A DNA stretch of 64,000 nt from Antedon mediterranea (GCF_964355755.1 NC_092676.1:7231888-7295887), one strand, 5' to 3'. Shown: positions 23,966 to 37,529, counted from the stretch's first letter. The notes: a model not told the origin generated them from the letters alone. Program-made: numbers and translations.

Positions 23966-25327
23966 AGATGTATTGTCAAATTCCAAAAAAAAATTAAAAT
24001 TAGAAGATTTCGAAAAAAGGTGGGTCATTTTGAAGTATCATAATAGTTATTAACTTTCCCCAAAAATTAGTCGAAAAAAAATTATTTAACTAAAATATAG
24101 ACGTTTTTTAGTTCAAAAAATAACTTTGACTTCCAGTCTAAGGCCCTGTTTCTGCTGCCAACTAAATACCGTATACTATACGGTCTTTTTTTGAATACCG
24201 TATATATACGGTATATTTTTGGCAGCAGAAACTGCGCTCATAAAAAATATACCGTATTTTGTATACCGTATTTTCCCCACAAAATTTGTGGATAAAATAC
24301 GGTATTTACAAATGTATACCGTATTTTTTGTACCCGTTTCTGCTGCCAATAAAAAATACCGTTTTTTTTTTTACATGACAAAAGGTCAACATTCGTGTTT
24401 TTATTTTCTGTCGCTGTCAGCTGCTTTACACACGTGTATAGATATATTCGGCGAAAATGTGGAGCGAAGACGTCACAGTTTTACTAAATAAATGTGTGTG
24501 GGGAAGCTAAAATGTCTGGCCAACTAAAAGGTAATAAAAGGGACAACCACATTTATAAAGACATTTCTAAAAAAATAAAGCAGGAGTATGGAATAGACTG
24601 GTCTCCAAAGCAAGTAAACTCAAAGCTGAAGAGCCTGCGAAAGCAGTACAACATTGCAAAATACAATAACTCGGGGAGGGAACGAATTAATTGTCCCCAT
24701 TACGATGTTTTCTGCGCTCTCACAACATCTCTATCACTAGGGCTAGGCTGTTGAAAGTGATGACGTAAAACTTCCTTTATTGCGACTTTTAATTATCGAT
24801 CAAATAAATGAATGGCAATTTGGGTAAAAAAAGATGAAATTTAACACGACCACCCAAGAAGTATTGTTAGCAGAAACGGGGTACTAAAAAATACGGTATA
24901 AAAAATACCGTATTTTATACCGTATTTTTATACCGTAGGCATATTGCAGCAGAAACAGGCCCAAAAAGTTTTCGATCAAAACATATCTCATAATGCAATG
25001 TGCTTGTTTGGCGCACTCTGTATGCATAATCATAAAACTGCGATCTGTGTGAAAACACCTTCTCAACCGTGACGAGTTGTAAACAATCCTAATTAGCATC
25101 ATGCATAATGCATACTCTTGGTTTGAAATCTTTGTTTACTTTCGCTCGCGACGATTTTCCAGACGAAATGTAATCAAACTAATTTACCTGTTAACTACGT
25201 AAAATTGTTGTTTTTGGCACGAATTTTCGACTTAAAGTGAATAACTTTAATATTACTTTGATATGGCTAATTTAAATTTAGAATATTTTGACTTTCATTT
25301 TTTTGTGTTTCAAGGGACTATACATCT
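23966..25327. mobile_element. Kolobok-like MITE hosting a nested Harbinger derivative
   Basis: Termini AGATGTATTGTC / GACTATACATCT, flanked by TTTA and TTAA; same termini as 38008-38330. Confidence 0.6.
24142..24962 (+). mobile_element. Non-autonomous PIF/Harbinger transposon carrying a Myb/SANT (trihelix) gene remnant
   Basis: TIRs GGCCCTGTTTCTGCTGC / GCAGCAGAAACAGGCCC, TAA on the left, many ATACCGTAT subterminal repeats; frameshifted MWSEDVT...IYKDISKKIKQEYGIDWSPKQVNSKLKSLRKQY...CPHYD at 24457-24754. Confidence 0.82.
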
Positions 25328-26074
25328 TTAAGCTAATTTTTTAATAAAGATTTTGTTATATATAAAGCAAGAAAATATACGCCTATAATATAATATAACT
25401 AAACAAAAAACATCTATAAAAAAAACATCCCCGTCTGAAGTCGGAGATGCTACCTCATCGTGGTAGACTGGTGTTAACGTCATTGGTAAAAATATGGTAT
25501 CAATGATGGCTAACAGCATCTCGCTAAATGGTAAAACGCGATTCTGTAGAGAAACGATGTGATTTCGCGGACTATTAGGGTTAGGCAATTAGTTAAAAAA
25601 CAGTTCAATAGCCAGTTATGTCAAAAATTAAAGGGTATAAATTTGGCAATGTTTCTTGTTTCATTGTTATCATGATTATATGAATGCAAATAATAATTCG
25701 AAAGCAGATAAATTGGTTAATATTTCTTTTATTTATCTATAATATAAATATATACAGTTTATACAGCATTATAACATTTGTTAGTTATGTATCTGATAGT
25801 GGATTAGAATATAACTATTACAATACATGTGTAAATGCCATGGTAAACTAAAATCATGATACAAAAATAAAATAAACTAAATATGCCAGTCGAATCAATG
25901 ATAAACAGGCAAAATAATAATTTTAAGATTAATTTAACCATACAAGAAAATGACAAAAACCTATTCTCAACTACTACCGTAAATTGAAGTGCGGACAGGC
26001 ATCTACTAACATTAGGGTTAAGGTGAAATGGCAATATTTGTTTTATATTTCATAGGAACAACAGGTACTATTAA

Positions 26075-26235
26075 CAGTGGCGTAATACAGAGGCCTGAGC
26101 ACCCTGGTTTAGGAACCCTAAGTGGCCCTCCAACGCTGGACCCTAACACTTTTCGACATATTTTCTTTTTTCGTCTGTGCACTGCTCAGGGGCCCCTGGG
26201 TTTAGCCAGCGAGTGTGCCCAGCTGTACGCCACTG
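26075..26235. mobile_element. hAT-type MITE
   Basis: TIR CAGTGGCGTA / TACGCCACTG with perfect 8-bp target duplication ACTATTAA. Confidence 0.9.
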
Positions 26236-26318
26236 ACTATTAACATCAACTCCCTGATAACACTGTGAACAGGGTTGTATTTATGGATACAGTAATTAAT
26301 GTCTTGACCTTCGACACA

Positions 26319-29300
26319 TCAATCCATATGAAAACTTTTCTGGCTGTTAAGTCTTCGTCTGTCTTGAGAATTAGCCCCAAACTGAAATACAAGCATGTTC
26401 CACATTTACTAAACAAAAACTAAACTTATTGTCTTAACATCAATGACCAAATTAGTGTTATGTTTCAGTGCTTAAATGGAGAGTGTTTTTATGGTATTCA
26501 AACAGTTTTGTTATTTTGTAATTTGTTAAAGATACTCTTTACAGTAATATTATTACCTCCTAATAATATTGTATGTGCATGTACTCATTGTGGTACAATA
26601 TACTGTACCAATATAATAATTAAAAAAAGAAATGAAAAAATATTATTTGTTTGTTTAAGATATATATTTCTAAAAGAGAATTATATATTAGAAAGAAAGT
26701 GTGTTTTATGCCCTAATTAATTTATATTTTGAATGTTTAGGGGCTGAACTTGATTAGTTTTAACTATTCTTTAGCCATTCCCTTAATATATTATGTTTTA
26801 TTTATGTTACAATTTTTATACTTTATATTTGTGGGTAAATAAAAGAAATAAAAAAAATATACATGATGTGTGCATGGGGGTGGTGGGAGTCAAAATATTC
26901 AGAATGGACTCACAAAGAGTCATGCTATATCAATTCACAGGCTCCCTCTACGGATTTCGCAACATGCACTTACATCAAAATATTTCAAGAAAAAATGTGC
27001 TACCATGCTTTGAAGTTGTGACCGACCTGTGAACTTTCTCGACTGACCTGTCTTCTCTCGATCACCTGAAATATGAATATACAACACTAGATAATTAAAT
27101 ATTTCACTAGCTTTGCATACAAAGGCTAGTCAACCCAACTTCCTAAAAGCCCAGTTGTCCAGTAGGTAATTTATTTGAAATTTGGGACAAAATGAACATG
27201 CCAAATAATGCTTATATAAATCAAGAAGTAACTCAGTCAGGTTAAAAAAATTGCGGTAAATTTGGAATATGAATTGGCCAGTATCTACAAAAGCTAGTCA
27301 ACCCAACTTCCTAAAAGCCCAGTTGTCCAGTAGGTCATTGACTTGACATTTGGGACAAAATGACCATGACAAATAATGCTTATATAAATCAAAAAGTAAC
27401 TCGGCCACGTTAGAAATTGCTGTAAATTTGCAATATGAAATAGCCAGTGTATTGAATGTTCAAAACAACATGATCTGCATGAAAAACAAACTGCAAAACG
27501 ATGATATATTCAGTAAAAAGTAACAATGTGAAAATGAAACAAAGCATCCTCTGTGGCTGGCTCTAAGGCTCTGTCTACAATCAAACTTTATGTGACAAAG
27601 AATGTGATGTACCCACATATGGACATGATGATGTTATCACTACCATATTTGGGCATATTACTACTATATTTAGGCACATCATATTTTTTTGTCACATAAA
27701 GTTTGTAGATAGAGCTTTACAAAGAGAGCATAAATTGATTGTGAATACAAAAATGACTTATATTCAATTGCTGTCTTCTCAATATATAACATTAAGATTT
27801 TAACTGAATTAAACAAACCAGTGTGTAAAAACTCTTGGATTGTATTTAAGTCTATTGTTAAGGATCTGAACAAACTAACGCTCATATAATGTTAAAAGAG
27901 TTACCGGTACCTAATAAATTTATTAAACGTTGTTTTATATCTTTGTATATAATGTCTATAAGATGTATATAAATGGTATGTATATTGTCTGTGTACAATG
28001 TGAATAATAACAAACCATGAAAGCAGGAGGATAATATTGGAAACAATATGTGAAAAACTAAAATTTACAAAAATTACTGATATTTTTTTTTTGAGCAGAA
28101 AAAGATAAAGAAAAATGTAGAATATTAACGGAAAACAATATAATTAAAGAAAGAACATATGAAGACAGATATTACTGATTTATTTGTAATGTATTTAATT
28201 ATGATATGAAAGAATAAAGGTGGTGGTTCACGCCACAAAAGAGAAAAAAAAAAAAGAGAGCATAAAAAAATATAAAAAAACCATGTCCAGGTCAAATCAG
28301 CATTTTTTTTAAATGTTATGAGAGGAGAGGCTAGTCACATTGAAGGCTATAAAGGTCTGTCTAGACTATCAAACTAGTTTGGCAAAAAAAGTGTGATGTA
28401 CCCAAAAATGGTAGTGATATGCCCTCATATGGCCGTAAGATGACATCATCATGTCTATATATGGGCACATCACATTTTCACATTTAGTATAGACAGAGCT
28501 TTAGACAACATCAGGCAGCTTTTATCAAAATCAATTGTAATAAACTATGTTTTATAAGTTTACAATATAATGTAAATATGTATAAATAAATAACAGATTA
28601 ATCATGAAAATTTTTAGTTTCATCTTGTTAAAAATCACACGGCATAACAAAATCACTTTTCAAAAGTTAAACAAAATATACAATATTAGTAAATTTGCTA
28701 TAAAACACCTGGTAAAGTAATACAACAAAAGTGGAAGTCATTTAATTTTACTGTTTATTTTGCCGTTACTTGAACTTGAGGGCGCTTCTTTTAAAAGTCA
28801 CATGACCATGCACATTCAATGAATGTAAAATTAAGGATGTTTGAAAAGAAATGTTATGATGGTTATCATAGTGGTGTCAAATAATTGATTAAAACACACA
28901 AAAATGGACATATCATTCAATTAATATCAAGTATAAATGATCAACATGTGCTCTATAAAGGCCAATTTATATAGACGAGCAGTAACGGTAATAAAAATAT
29001 AAAATCTATGTTACTCCTTTACTGTATGACCACTTACACACACTGCAGAACAGATGGGCGGTTTCCGATCAGGATAGATACAGATTCGACGCGAGATAAG
29101 CTACATGGTTTTTTGGCTTAAAGTCACCGCTCGTCTGTGTAAATTGGCCTTAAAACAACTTGCATATTTGGGAAGGAATGAAATTATATTTTGGAAGAAA
29201 ATACACCCCAACTACACACAAGGAAAAAGAAGCCCATAGCAACAGAGAATCAAATTCCAATTATGAATTTTATTTATGCATTATTTTCAGCAACGAAATC

Positions 29301-32300
29301 ACGAGGACAGCCAACAAAACAAGTAAATCATATTATTTGCTCTCATTTTTATTTTAGATTTAGAGTAAAACTACTGTAGTTTTCAAAATGTAGAAACAAA
29401 TTAATATTTTTTGTAGCCCTGCATTATAAAGCTCTGTCTACACTATCAAACTAGTTTGAATATCAAAAAAGTGTGACAGATATGGTAGTGAAATGCCCAA
29501 ATATGGTAATGATATGCCCAAATATGGTAATGATATGACCAAATATGGTAGTGATATGACCAAATATGGTAATGATATGCCCAAATATGGTATAGTGATA
29601 TGACTTCATCATGTCCATATATGCACATCACATAAAGTTTGATAGTGTAGACAGAGCTTTATGCAGATTAGTTTGGCAGTGAGAATCATAATATTCCTCC
29701 TGCGTCGATTCTCTAATAACGCGATGGGCTTGAAATCCATGCGAGTAAACTACAAGAATGTATTAATCACCTGCACACCTTTTGGGGCGAGTCTCTTGCT
29801 GGATATTGGTAAAAACGCCGGAAAATTACCTGAGAGTTTAGAAGCAAAATGACACATAGTATCTGATATAAGCATCATCTGCATCAATTAATTATGTACT
29901 TTAAAGAACCTAGTACATCTTTTGAGACGAGTAGGAGATTACCCCGGTGTATTAGTTCAGACAGCCACTGTTGTGGACAGACAGATGAGAGAACGCCTAA
30001 ATTGGCTGGACTGACATGACGCTTAGGAAGAAGCATGTAGCTGAAAAGTGTAACATCGGATCGCCATGAGCAGTGATCCATGCGTTGGAATCAACGCTAT
30101 ACAAGAACTCGTATATAAAAAAATACCTGCAAGCACATTCATAGATAGATATTTTGTGTTTATCTATATATAAATTATATTACTCTTAACAATACCAATT
30201 TTAGCAACTTCCATAATAAAAACCTGCAAAATAAAATGGACACCGACAGAAATCAAGTTATTTCTCATCCTGTGTAAGTAATTAGTGTAGAATATGTCAC
30301 TCACCTTATCAAAGAACCTTGTTAATTTTACAGAATTTGTAGAGCCTGGCGCTAGGTGTTTCGCACTTAAACAATCCTGCAATAAAAAGAATACAAATAA
30401 TTATTATTATAAAGAAGAAGAATAAAAAAATAATATATAACATGTATATACAGTGGAACCCCATTTTTGGAAAAAAAAAATCTTGCTATGTATGGAATTA
30501 GGTTAAGATAAATTCTGATACTGTGGAAGAGAAAAGGATTTGAACCTGGGACCTTGCTAGTAGTAAGAAAGCATGAAAACCACCAAGCTACAGTGCCACA
30601 ACAAAACAATGATCTCTTATCATTCAATTACAGTGTTTTTTCTTACTAAATTAAACTCATCCGCTCCACATTCTTCAGCTATAAGTGATGTATTTGAAAG
30701 AAATGCTTGTCGTTTGCTGTCAACTTGGTCTGCTTTTGTTCCGAGCACTAAGATAGGTACTTGGCAGCCTACAAACTGTTCAGGGTCATACTCTCTGTAA
30801 AACAAAGTCAGAATTGCTACTGCTTGTCACTTATTGCTTTTTAGGTTATATGCATTATCATGCTTCATGCTTCTTCCTTAAAATGTTCATATATTAAAGT
30901 TAAAAGTATATAGTTTCAGTCAGTTGTGTATGGCTCGATGGTCTGTACTCGTGTCTATGGCATTCAAGGTACCGAGATCGAGTCTTGTGTCTTTTTCGTT
31001 TATTATTCGTATTGTTTGTTCAATTTTATTTGTTAGTGTATAGATTATACATATGATTTATAATGAAATCTGAATCAAAAGTAAATTATGTCTTTATTAT
31101 GAAACCAATGTGGTTTATGATATTAAAGGCAGAGGGATATATGATCGGATTGTGATACCGGCTATTGTATTTGCATTAGCAAGATCGTTTCATATATTAT
31201 AAATAATTAAAGATTCTGAGAAAATCAATCAGTCAATATATCTTTTAAAAATCAATTATCAATAATCAATGCATATAACCTATAATTTGTCATAGTGACG
31301 AATTAAATCTAGTTTTATTCCCTTTGACACATAGCAAAAGGTTTGCCAAGAGTGAAGTCACTGTGGACGTGGAAATCTGTTTCACTGAACAAACATGCAC
31401 AAGATTTTCTACACAAACTATTGAAACATGTCTTTAGGGATATTTGAGGAGCATTCTCAACCTTATTCAAACTTACACAAATATCCACAAGTAAAATATT
31501 TTATATTAAACCATAAATTAAACTCTTACGATGAAGACTTTGATCGTCCACCACCTCCATTCTCACGTGATAAAACTTCTCCTAGCCATTTTCTTAAATT
31601 AAGTAGTGATTTTCTGTTTGTTAAATCGTGAACTAAGATGATACCTATAAAAAAAAAAAAGGATGGTTTTAAAAATATAAATAATAAAGTATTGAACACA
31701 TTTTACATTACAATTCATTAAGACGTAAACTTACCATTAACTTGGTTAACTTTAAACTTACCATTAACATGGTTACCTAAACCTACAATTAATTTGGTTA
31801 CCTAAACTTACCATTAACTTTGTTAACCAGGGGTGGATTGCTATAAAACAGTCTTAACTGATGGTCTTAACTCCCCGATTAAAGCCAGCTTTATCAAATA
31901 GACGGTCTTACTAAAGCCACCCCTGTTAGACCGTTGCTATAAAACAGTCTTAGATAAGACCGCATAAAGTAACAAATTGAGGGCGTTAAACTTACAATTA
32001 ACTTGGTTATCTAAACTTACCATTTATTAACTTGGTTACCTAAACTTACCATTAACTTGGTTACCTAAACTTACAATTAACTTGGTTACCTAAACTTACC
32101 ATTAACTTGGTTACCTAAACTTACCATTAACTTGGTTACCTAAACTTACCATTAACTTGGTTACCTAAACTTACCATTAACTTGGTTACCTAAACTTACC
32201 ATTAACTTGGTTACCTAAACTTACCATTAACTTGGTTACCTAAACCTACAATTAACTTGGTTACCTAAACTTACCATTAACTTGGTTACCTAAACTTACC

Positions 32301-34040
32301 ATTAACTTGGTTACCTAAACTTACCATTAACTTGGTTACCTAAACTTACCATTAACTTGGTTATAAAATACATGTCTACTATTTGCATGATTAACAGATC
32401 CGCCAACATCCCACAATTCTATAAAATAACTCTTTTGTCTCGGTGTACCTTCTTTATATTCATGAATCTAAAAATGAAAAAAACATTTTCATCTTAATGG
32501 AAAGGTCTTATGAATAGAATAGCAGGCAAGTTTTTGTATATAATATACTGTGAACAAAATTTCATAAAAATAAAAACTGAAACTTCGAACCTTAACATCA
32601 ACTGCAGCCCCAATGGTATATGATGGATTAGAACAGACTTGATTATGACATATAAGGTGTACTGCACATGATTTACCCACCCCTGCAAAGTAAAGCATAG
32701 TTTAGGATTTAAAATAAAAAGTCTGTTAAAAAGTATATGTCTATGGAGAAATGTATAACTGGACCAAATTTAATGGTTTCTTACTGTTACAAATTGAATT
32801 ATGTTTAGGCCTCTACTAGGCTACCATATCTTGCTATTAATAATTACAAACAGACCTAAACAGCTGCCAGTACCATACGTCCCAACTACCCTAAATAAGC
32901 CTTAGACCTACCTTCCACCTGCCGACAATACAAGCTATTATTTTCAGGCTCAACTTGGTTCATACTAATCTATGCCCGGTAGGGTTTTACGATAAAAAAT
33001 GTTATCAAATACATGCTAACATTATGCACTTGTCAATTGTATGATCCACTATATGAACTCCGTGCATCATATCTCACTATCTCATACCCCACTACAACAA
33101 TAACTATTTGTAAATGACACATTTTAGAGTGAAAATTATAATTAACAATAAATAATTTTATTGTATTCATTTTTTTAACTTGTTTCTGGAAAAAAAATAT
33201 ATAATATACCACTGACACAAGGCCTAAAACATGTTTACACATGTACTTGATATCAATTGTGATACAGGGCCCTATTGGGCGTAGATTAGTATGACCGCCC
33301 AGCTCAGCCTTTCTATCTATCTAGGCCTACTGCGAGAGAGTACGACTTTTATGTGCCCGATTGTCTTATACATTTGGCCTGATCGTCTTAGGCGTTGTGC
33401 CCGAACGTCCACAAAGTTGGGCCCGATAGTCTTAACATTTTGGGCCCGGCCCGGCCCGGTATCCAAGTATATCGTTTGTAAATCTGTTCCATTATACTGT
33501 AGTTTATAATTGAGTTCTCGGCAAAACAAATAAATGAGTATAGAAATGTTTATTACATTTGTATCACAAACTCGTGGAAAGAACACCCGGCCTTAAATTT
33601 ATTTATTTATTTTATAGTTATGGTGAACAATTATTATTCGCCGATTATTATTTCGTGTAGCCCTCCCCGATCTTCTGGCATATAAATGGGCCGATCGTCT
33701 AGGCTAGGCCTAATTATATTGGTCCGATCGTCTTAGGCGTTGAGCCCGAACGTCCACAAACAAAGTTGGGCCGAACGTCCGCACGCGTTTGTACGTACCC
33801 GATCGTCTTTGTTTTTGGCCCCGATCGTCTTTGTTTTTGGCCCCGATCGTCTGTCAATAATCTTACTGGTACGACTTCTATAATAGGCCACCTACTAGGC
33901 CTACTAGGCCCAGGCCTACAAACGAGGCTTAACCTAACCTAAATATCAATGTCTAGCTAACTTATAACCATAGAATATACCATCAGTCCATTACCCGAGT
34001 CTCCTACAACCACCACACGAACTTTCTCTAAAGTTGTCAT
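26319..34040 (-). CDS. RABL3: Rab-like protein 3; exons 33995-34040, 32591-32682, 32350-32467, 31530-31644, 30647-30794, 30305-30376, 27027-27065, 26319-26381
   Basis: Spliced translation [20 protein letters not shown]...[72 protein letters not shown]; all junctions GT-AG and in phase. Confidence 0.93.
27119..27450. repeat. ~168-bp direct duplication in a RABL3 intron
   Basis: GCTAGTCAACCCAACTTCCTAAAAGCCCAGTTGTCCAGTAGG occurs twice, near 27125 and 27293. Confidence 0.9.
27567..27716. mobile_element. MITE family A (Harbinger-like, TIR AGCTCTGTCTACACTATCAAACT)
   Basis: Inverted termini, TAA/TTA flanks, internal AAATATGGTAGTGATATGCC motif. Confidence 0.8.
28353..28500. mobile_element. MITE family A copy
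   Basis: Same TIR and internal motif as 29430-29658. Confidence 0.8.
28959..29150. mobile_element. MITE family B (Harbinger-like, TIR AGGCCAATTTACACAGACGAGCGG)
   Basis: Inverted termini with TAA on both sides; related copies at 51657, 51922, 56512, 61060. Confidence 0.85.
29430..29658. mobile_element. MITE family A copy with expanded internal 21-bp repeat
   Basis: Perfect TIR AGCTCTGTCTACACTATCAAACT / AGTTTGATAGTGTAGACAGAGCT, TAA and TTA flanks, about 6 internal 21-bp units. Confidence 0.9.
30530..30600 (-). mobile_element. tRNA-derived SINE head fragment
   Basis: GTGGCACTGTAGCTTGGTGG...CCAGGTTCAAATCC on minus, similar to the 40651-41115 units. Confidence 0.55.
31726..32362 (-). repeat. 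25-bp minisatellite made of the RABL3 exon-3 end plus its 5' splice site, interrupted by an unrelated segment at ~31828-31985
   Basis: Minus-strand unit AACCAAGTTAATG|GTAAGTTTAGGT; 13 units in exact register from 32041 to 32341 plus about 6 degenerate units. Confidence 0.95.
33336..33880. repeat. CpG-rich repeat-bearing element in RABL3 intron 1
   Basis: Recurrent (G)CCGATCGTCT / CCGAACGTCC motifs and a ~65-bp direct repeat at 33366 and 33713; probably transposon subterminal repeats. Confidence 0.5.
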
Positions 34041-34150
34041 TTACGAAAATAAACAAAATAAGACAAACGTTAGGACTCTATCTCTGAAGGACACACGTCC
34101 ACAAAAATGTTAAAAAAAAATTGATTATCATCAAAATGGCAGTAGGTAAA
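34041..34150. promoter_or_regulatory. Probable bidirectional promoter / 5' UTR region of RABL3 and GTF2E1
   Basis: RABL3 ATG at 34040 (minus) lies ~100 bp from a plus-strand donor (TAG|GTAAAA, ~34146) that could splice to the acceptor at 34845 just before the GTF2E1 ATG; AAAATGGC YY1-like motif at 34133. Confidence 0.5.
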
Positions 34151-34857
34151 ATACGTGGTAAAACTGTTCTGCAGTCCATTCATTTATATCTTATTTATAG
34201 TTAATGTGTTAAATAGTTTCATTCTTTACAACATAATAAAAATACAAGAGGTAGGTAAAATACGCAATTTGATTTTCTGCAGTCCGATGGATAGAGCATT
34301 TTTCAGTGTGATCAGAAATATAGTTTCATTCTTTACATTAATTCGGAAGCTCATGAGAGTTTCTCTGATTTTGTTTTTAAAATTAACTGAGTTATTAAAG
34401 TATGTATTAAAGTATATAGGCCTAATAATCTTTTTTCTAGATATCATATTTAGTTATAATACCTTATAGGCCTATACGTATATGTAGCCTACTAGAAATA
34501 ATAAGCATCTTTACTCTAGCTAGCTTGTCTCTTTCACCTGGCTGGCACGGCACCTCGCCAGTCAGAGCCAACTAAAGATGTCATTGCCTTTATTTGGGGT
34601 CGTTTTGTCCCGATTACTATTGTTATCGAAAAGGTCACTTTCTTTCCATTCACTACTAGTACAGTGACAACAATTCACTCGAGGGGTACCTTGGAACAGC
34701 CAAAAGTGACTAATCAGATGTCAGAACGTCATTTTATGACAAGACACCGGCCAACAGAATTTGAAAAGTTTGAAAATTAGCAATAAAATTTATTATAAAT
34801 CATTAAAGATATTTTGTAAAATTTAAAAATATCTTTTTATTTCAGACAAACTTAAAA

Positions 34858-36435
34858 ATGTCGAGTGCAATTGATCCAGATATACTCACACAAGTTCCAG
34901 ATGACTTGAAAAAACTTGCTAAGCTCATAACGAGAGGATTCTACACAGTTGAACATGTGCTTGTTATTGACTACTTAGTGCGCAATCAGATAATGAAAGA
35001 GGACGATATGTTAGAACTTCTAAAATTTGAGAAAAAACAATTACGACTGCTTTTGAATCAGTTAAAGAACGATAAAATTATCAAACAGACAGTTCGAGTT
35101 GAAACACAGCCAGATGGTAAAACAAACCGCCATAATTATTACTTTATCAACTATAGAGTTTTTGTGAATATTGTAAAATATAAATTGGACAAAATGCGTA
35201 TAAAAATAGAGAGTGAAGAAAGGGACTCAACGTGTAAGGCGTTGTTTTCGTGTCCTGGATGTGAAAAGGTTTACAACGACTTTGACGCTATGGATTTGCT
35301 GGACCCGGCTACGGGGGACATGAAATGTACGCACTGTGGGTCAGTTGTAAATGAAGATGAAAGTCAGGCACCAAGTTCCTCTAGATTACAGATTGCCGAC
35401 TTTGTTCGTCAGGTTGAGCCTCTGTATGAACTCTTGCAGCAAGTTGAAGATATTAAATTGGCTCCAGAAATATTGGAGCCAACTCCAGATGTTGGTTCCA
35501 TCAAATCTCGGTATCTACTTTTTATAAATTTGGTTAAAATCACAATTTTTTATAAACGAACTACAAATTCCTCCTCCACGTTATTTGCATTCCAAACTGC
35601 AAAATGGTCTCAGATCAGTCAAATTTAACTTACTGTACATCAAACAATGGATTATGTATTGTGAATCGCTTAGAAGCATTGTGCAATAAGTGCTATAAGA
35701 ACGAATATTATTGAGATATGTGCTAGCTTGTTTGTTTCCTTTTAGTAATGTCATTAGTCCAGAGTTGAAATTGGCCCATACAGTATAAACACATTCTCAT
35801 AGTATGTTCTAACTTATCAAAAATTCTTGATTTTTTCCAGGCCCCTTGGAAGTGCCAATCGGAAGTTTGGTGAATGGAGTAACTCTAGTAGTGCTGGTAT
35901 TGCCTATAACCAGAGTTTTACAATTCAGGTTGGCGAGAATGACAATAGTAAAAAAGAAGTAGCCAAACCCAAAGAGATGCCCGTTTGGTTAGCTAAGAGC
36001 ACAATAGATGGCGCTATTACAGAAGAATCCGAAATTGCCGCACCCAGTAACGAACTAAAAAGTCCAACAAGGTCTCATCGTAGCGAAGAAATTATGAAAA
36101 CTTTATTAGCGCACGAAAAGAAACGCAGCGGCGCTTTGGCAACTGCTTTCCCGACGGATAACGGTAGCGACAACGAAAGCGATAAGAGCGCATCTGAGGA
36201 TGAGTTAACAGCGGATGCAGCATTTGGTATAAAAACAGAAAAGACAGATTCTCAGACTGTGGAGATGATAAGTGATGAGGAGGAAGAAGACGACGAAGAA
36301 ATGATGGTTATGGTCAACGGTAAACCAATGCCGTTCCAAGATGTAACCGACGATATCTTGCACCAAATGACGCCCTCTGAAAAAGAGAACTATATAGAGC
36401 TTGGACGACGGGCGTATGAGGCTATGTATGAATAG
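34858..36435 (+). CDS. GTF2E1: General transcription factor IIE subunit 1 (alpha); exons 34858-35510 and 35841-36435
   Basis: VPDDLKKLAKLITRGFY..NYYFINY..VKYKLDKMR, zinc ribbon CPGC...CTHC, KEMPVWL, acidic C-terminus MTPSEKENY; phase-2 GT-AG intron. Confidence 0.95.
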
Positions 36436-36602
36436 TTAGACATTTTCACCGTTTCCAAATGTTGTAAAACTGTAACTGTATATGTATTCTTTGGTTATAC
36501 AAAGTACCAGTAGGTTGGATATAAAATAGTTAGAAAACCTATCAGTTTATGGAGTTATACCTCCATGATCAGTTTTATTAAGTAGGCTTCCTGAACTTAT
36601 CC

Positions 36603-36757
36603 TTAACACTATTTACACTATCAAACTTTATGTGACTAAAAAATGTGATGTGCCTATATATACTACAGTATGGACACGATGTCATAATCATATACTACCA
36701 TATTTGGGCACATCACACTTCTTTTTATCAAACTAGTTTGATAGTTTAGACAGACTT
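36603..36757. mobile_element. MITE family A copy (degenerate)
   Basis: TACACTATCAAACTTTATGTGAC ... AAACTAGTTTGATAGTTTAGACAGAC. Confidence 0.7.
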
Positions 36758-37529
36758 TAAAGGCTAGGTTGGATTCAGGATTTTCAAATGTCTGAGCCAC
36801 TAACATATAATATAGCTTTTGACCCATGGATCTGCACGATCCTGTAAGAACCCAAGGCGCCAAATGGTACATTGTAGTAGTTATCTGTAATAACCAATAA
36901 ATGCAGTTTAAGCCGGGGAAAAAAGAGCATGAAAGTTTTTCAATGGTACATTCCAGTGGAATCATCTATTATTGCAATTGACGTTTAATTTATCTAAACT
37001 TTATTGCAATTATATTTACGGTTTTCTACAGTCGATGTCTACAAATTTTGAAAAACATGAGAAATAAATGTTTTATACAGTAATACTATTTATAAGTTAT
37101 TTACTATAATTTGCACAAAAAAAATACATTAAAATCAAATGAGTATTAATTACTTAATTTGAAGCTGCATAATAATGACCTTTCACCTCATAAAACTCTG
37201 TAAATAATTAATTTAAAATAACATACAAAATATAGTACCTAAGTTTTACATTCTGATATGCTTAATATCACAGAATATTATAACCATTTCTCGTCTACTT
37301 TACTACAGTATAGTAAATGTACGTATGGCCCATATACTTTGTGTTTGGACATGTTTTTACCACTGATTTAATAGAGGGCGCTTTTTCCGAACCTTCTCAA
37401 CCATTAGTATGTGTAAAATAGTGTATAGAATATACTGTATCAATAATGACGAACTAATATTATTACAATTAAAATATCAAACTAAACATCAAAAGAAAAC
37501 AAATACAGGTTCACCAAAAATGAAACTAA

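Noticed and set aside
31280-31390. Exon-like segment in a RABL3 intron
   Set aside because: The acceptors I tried give in-frame stops, and the gene splices correctly without it.
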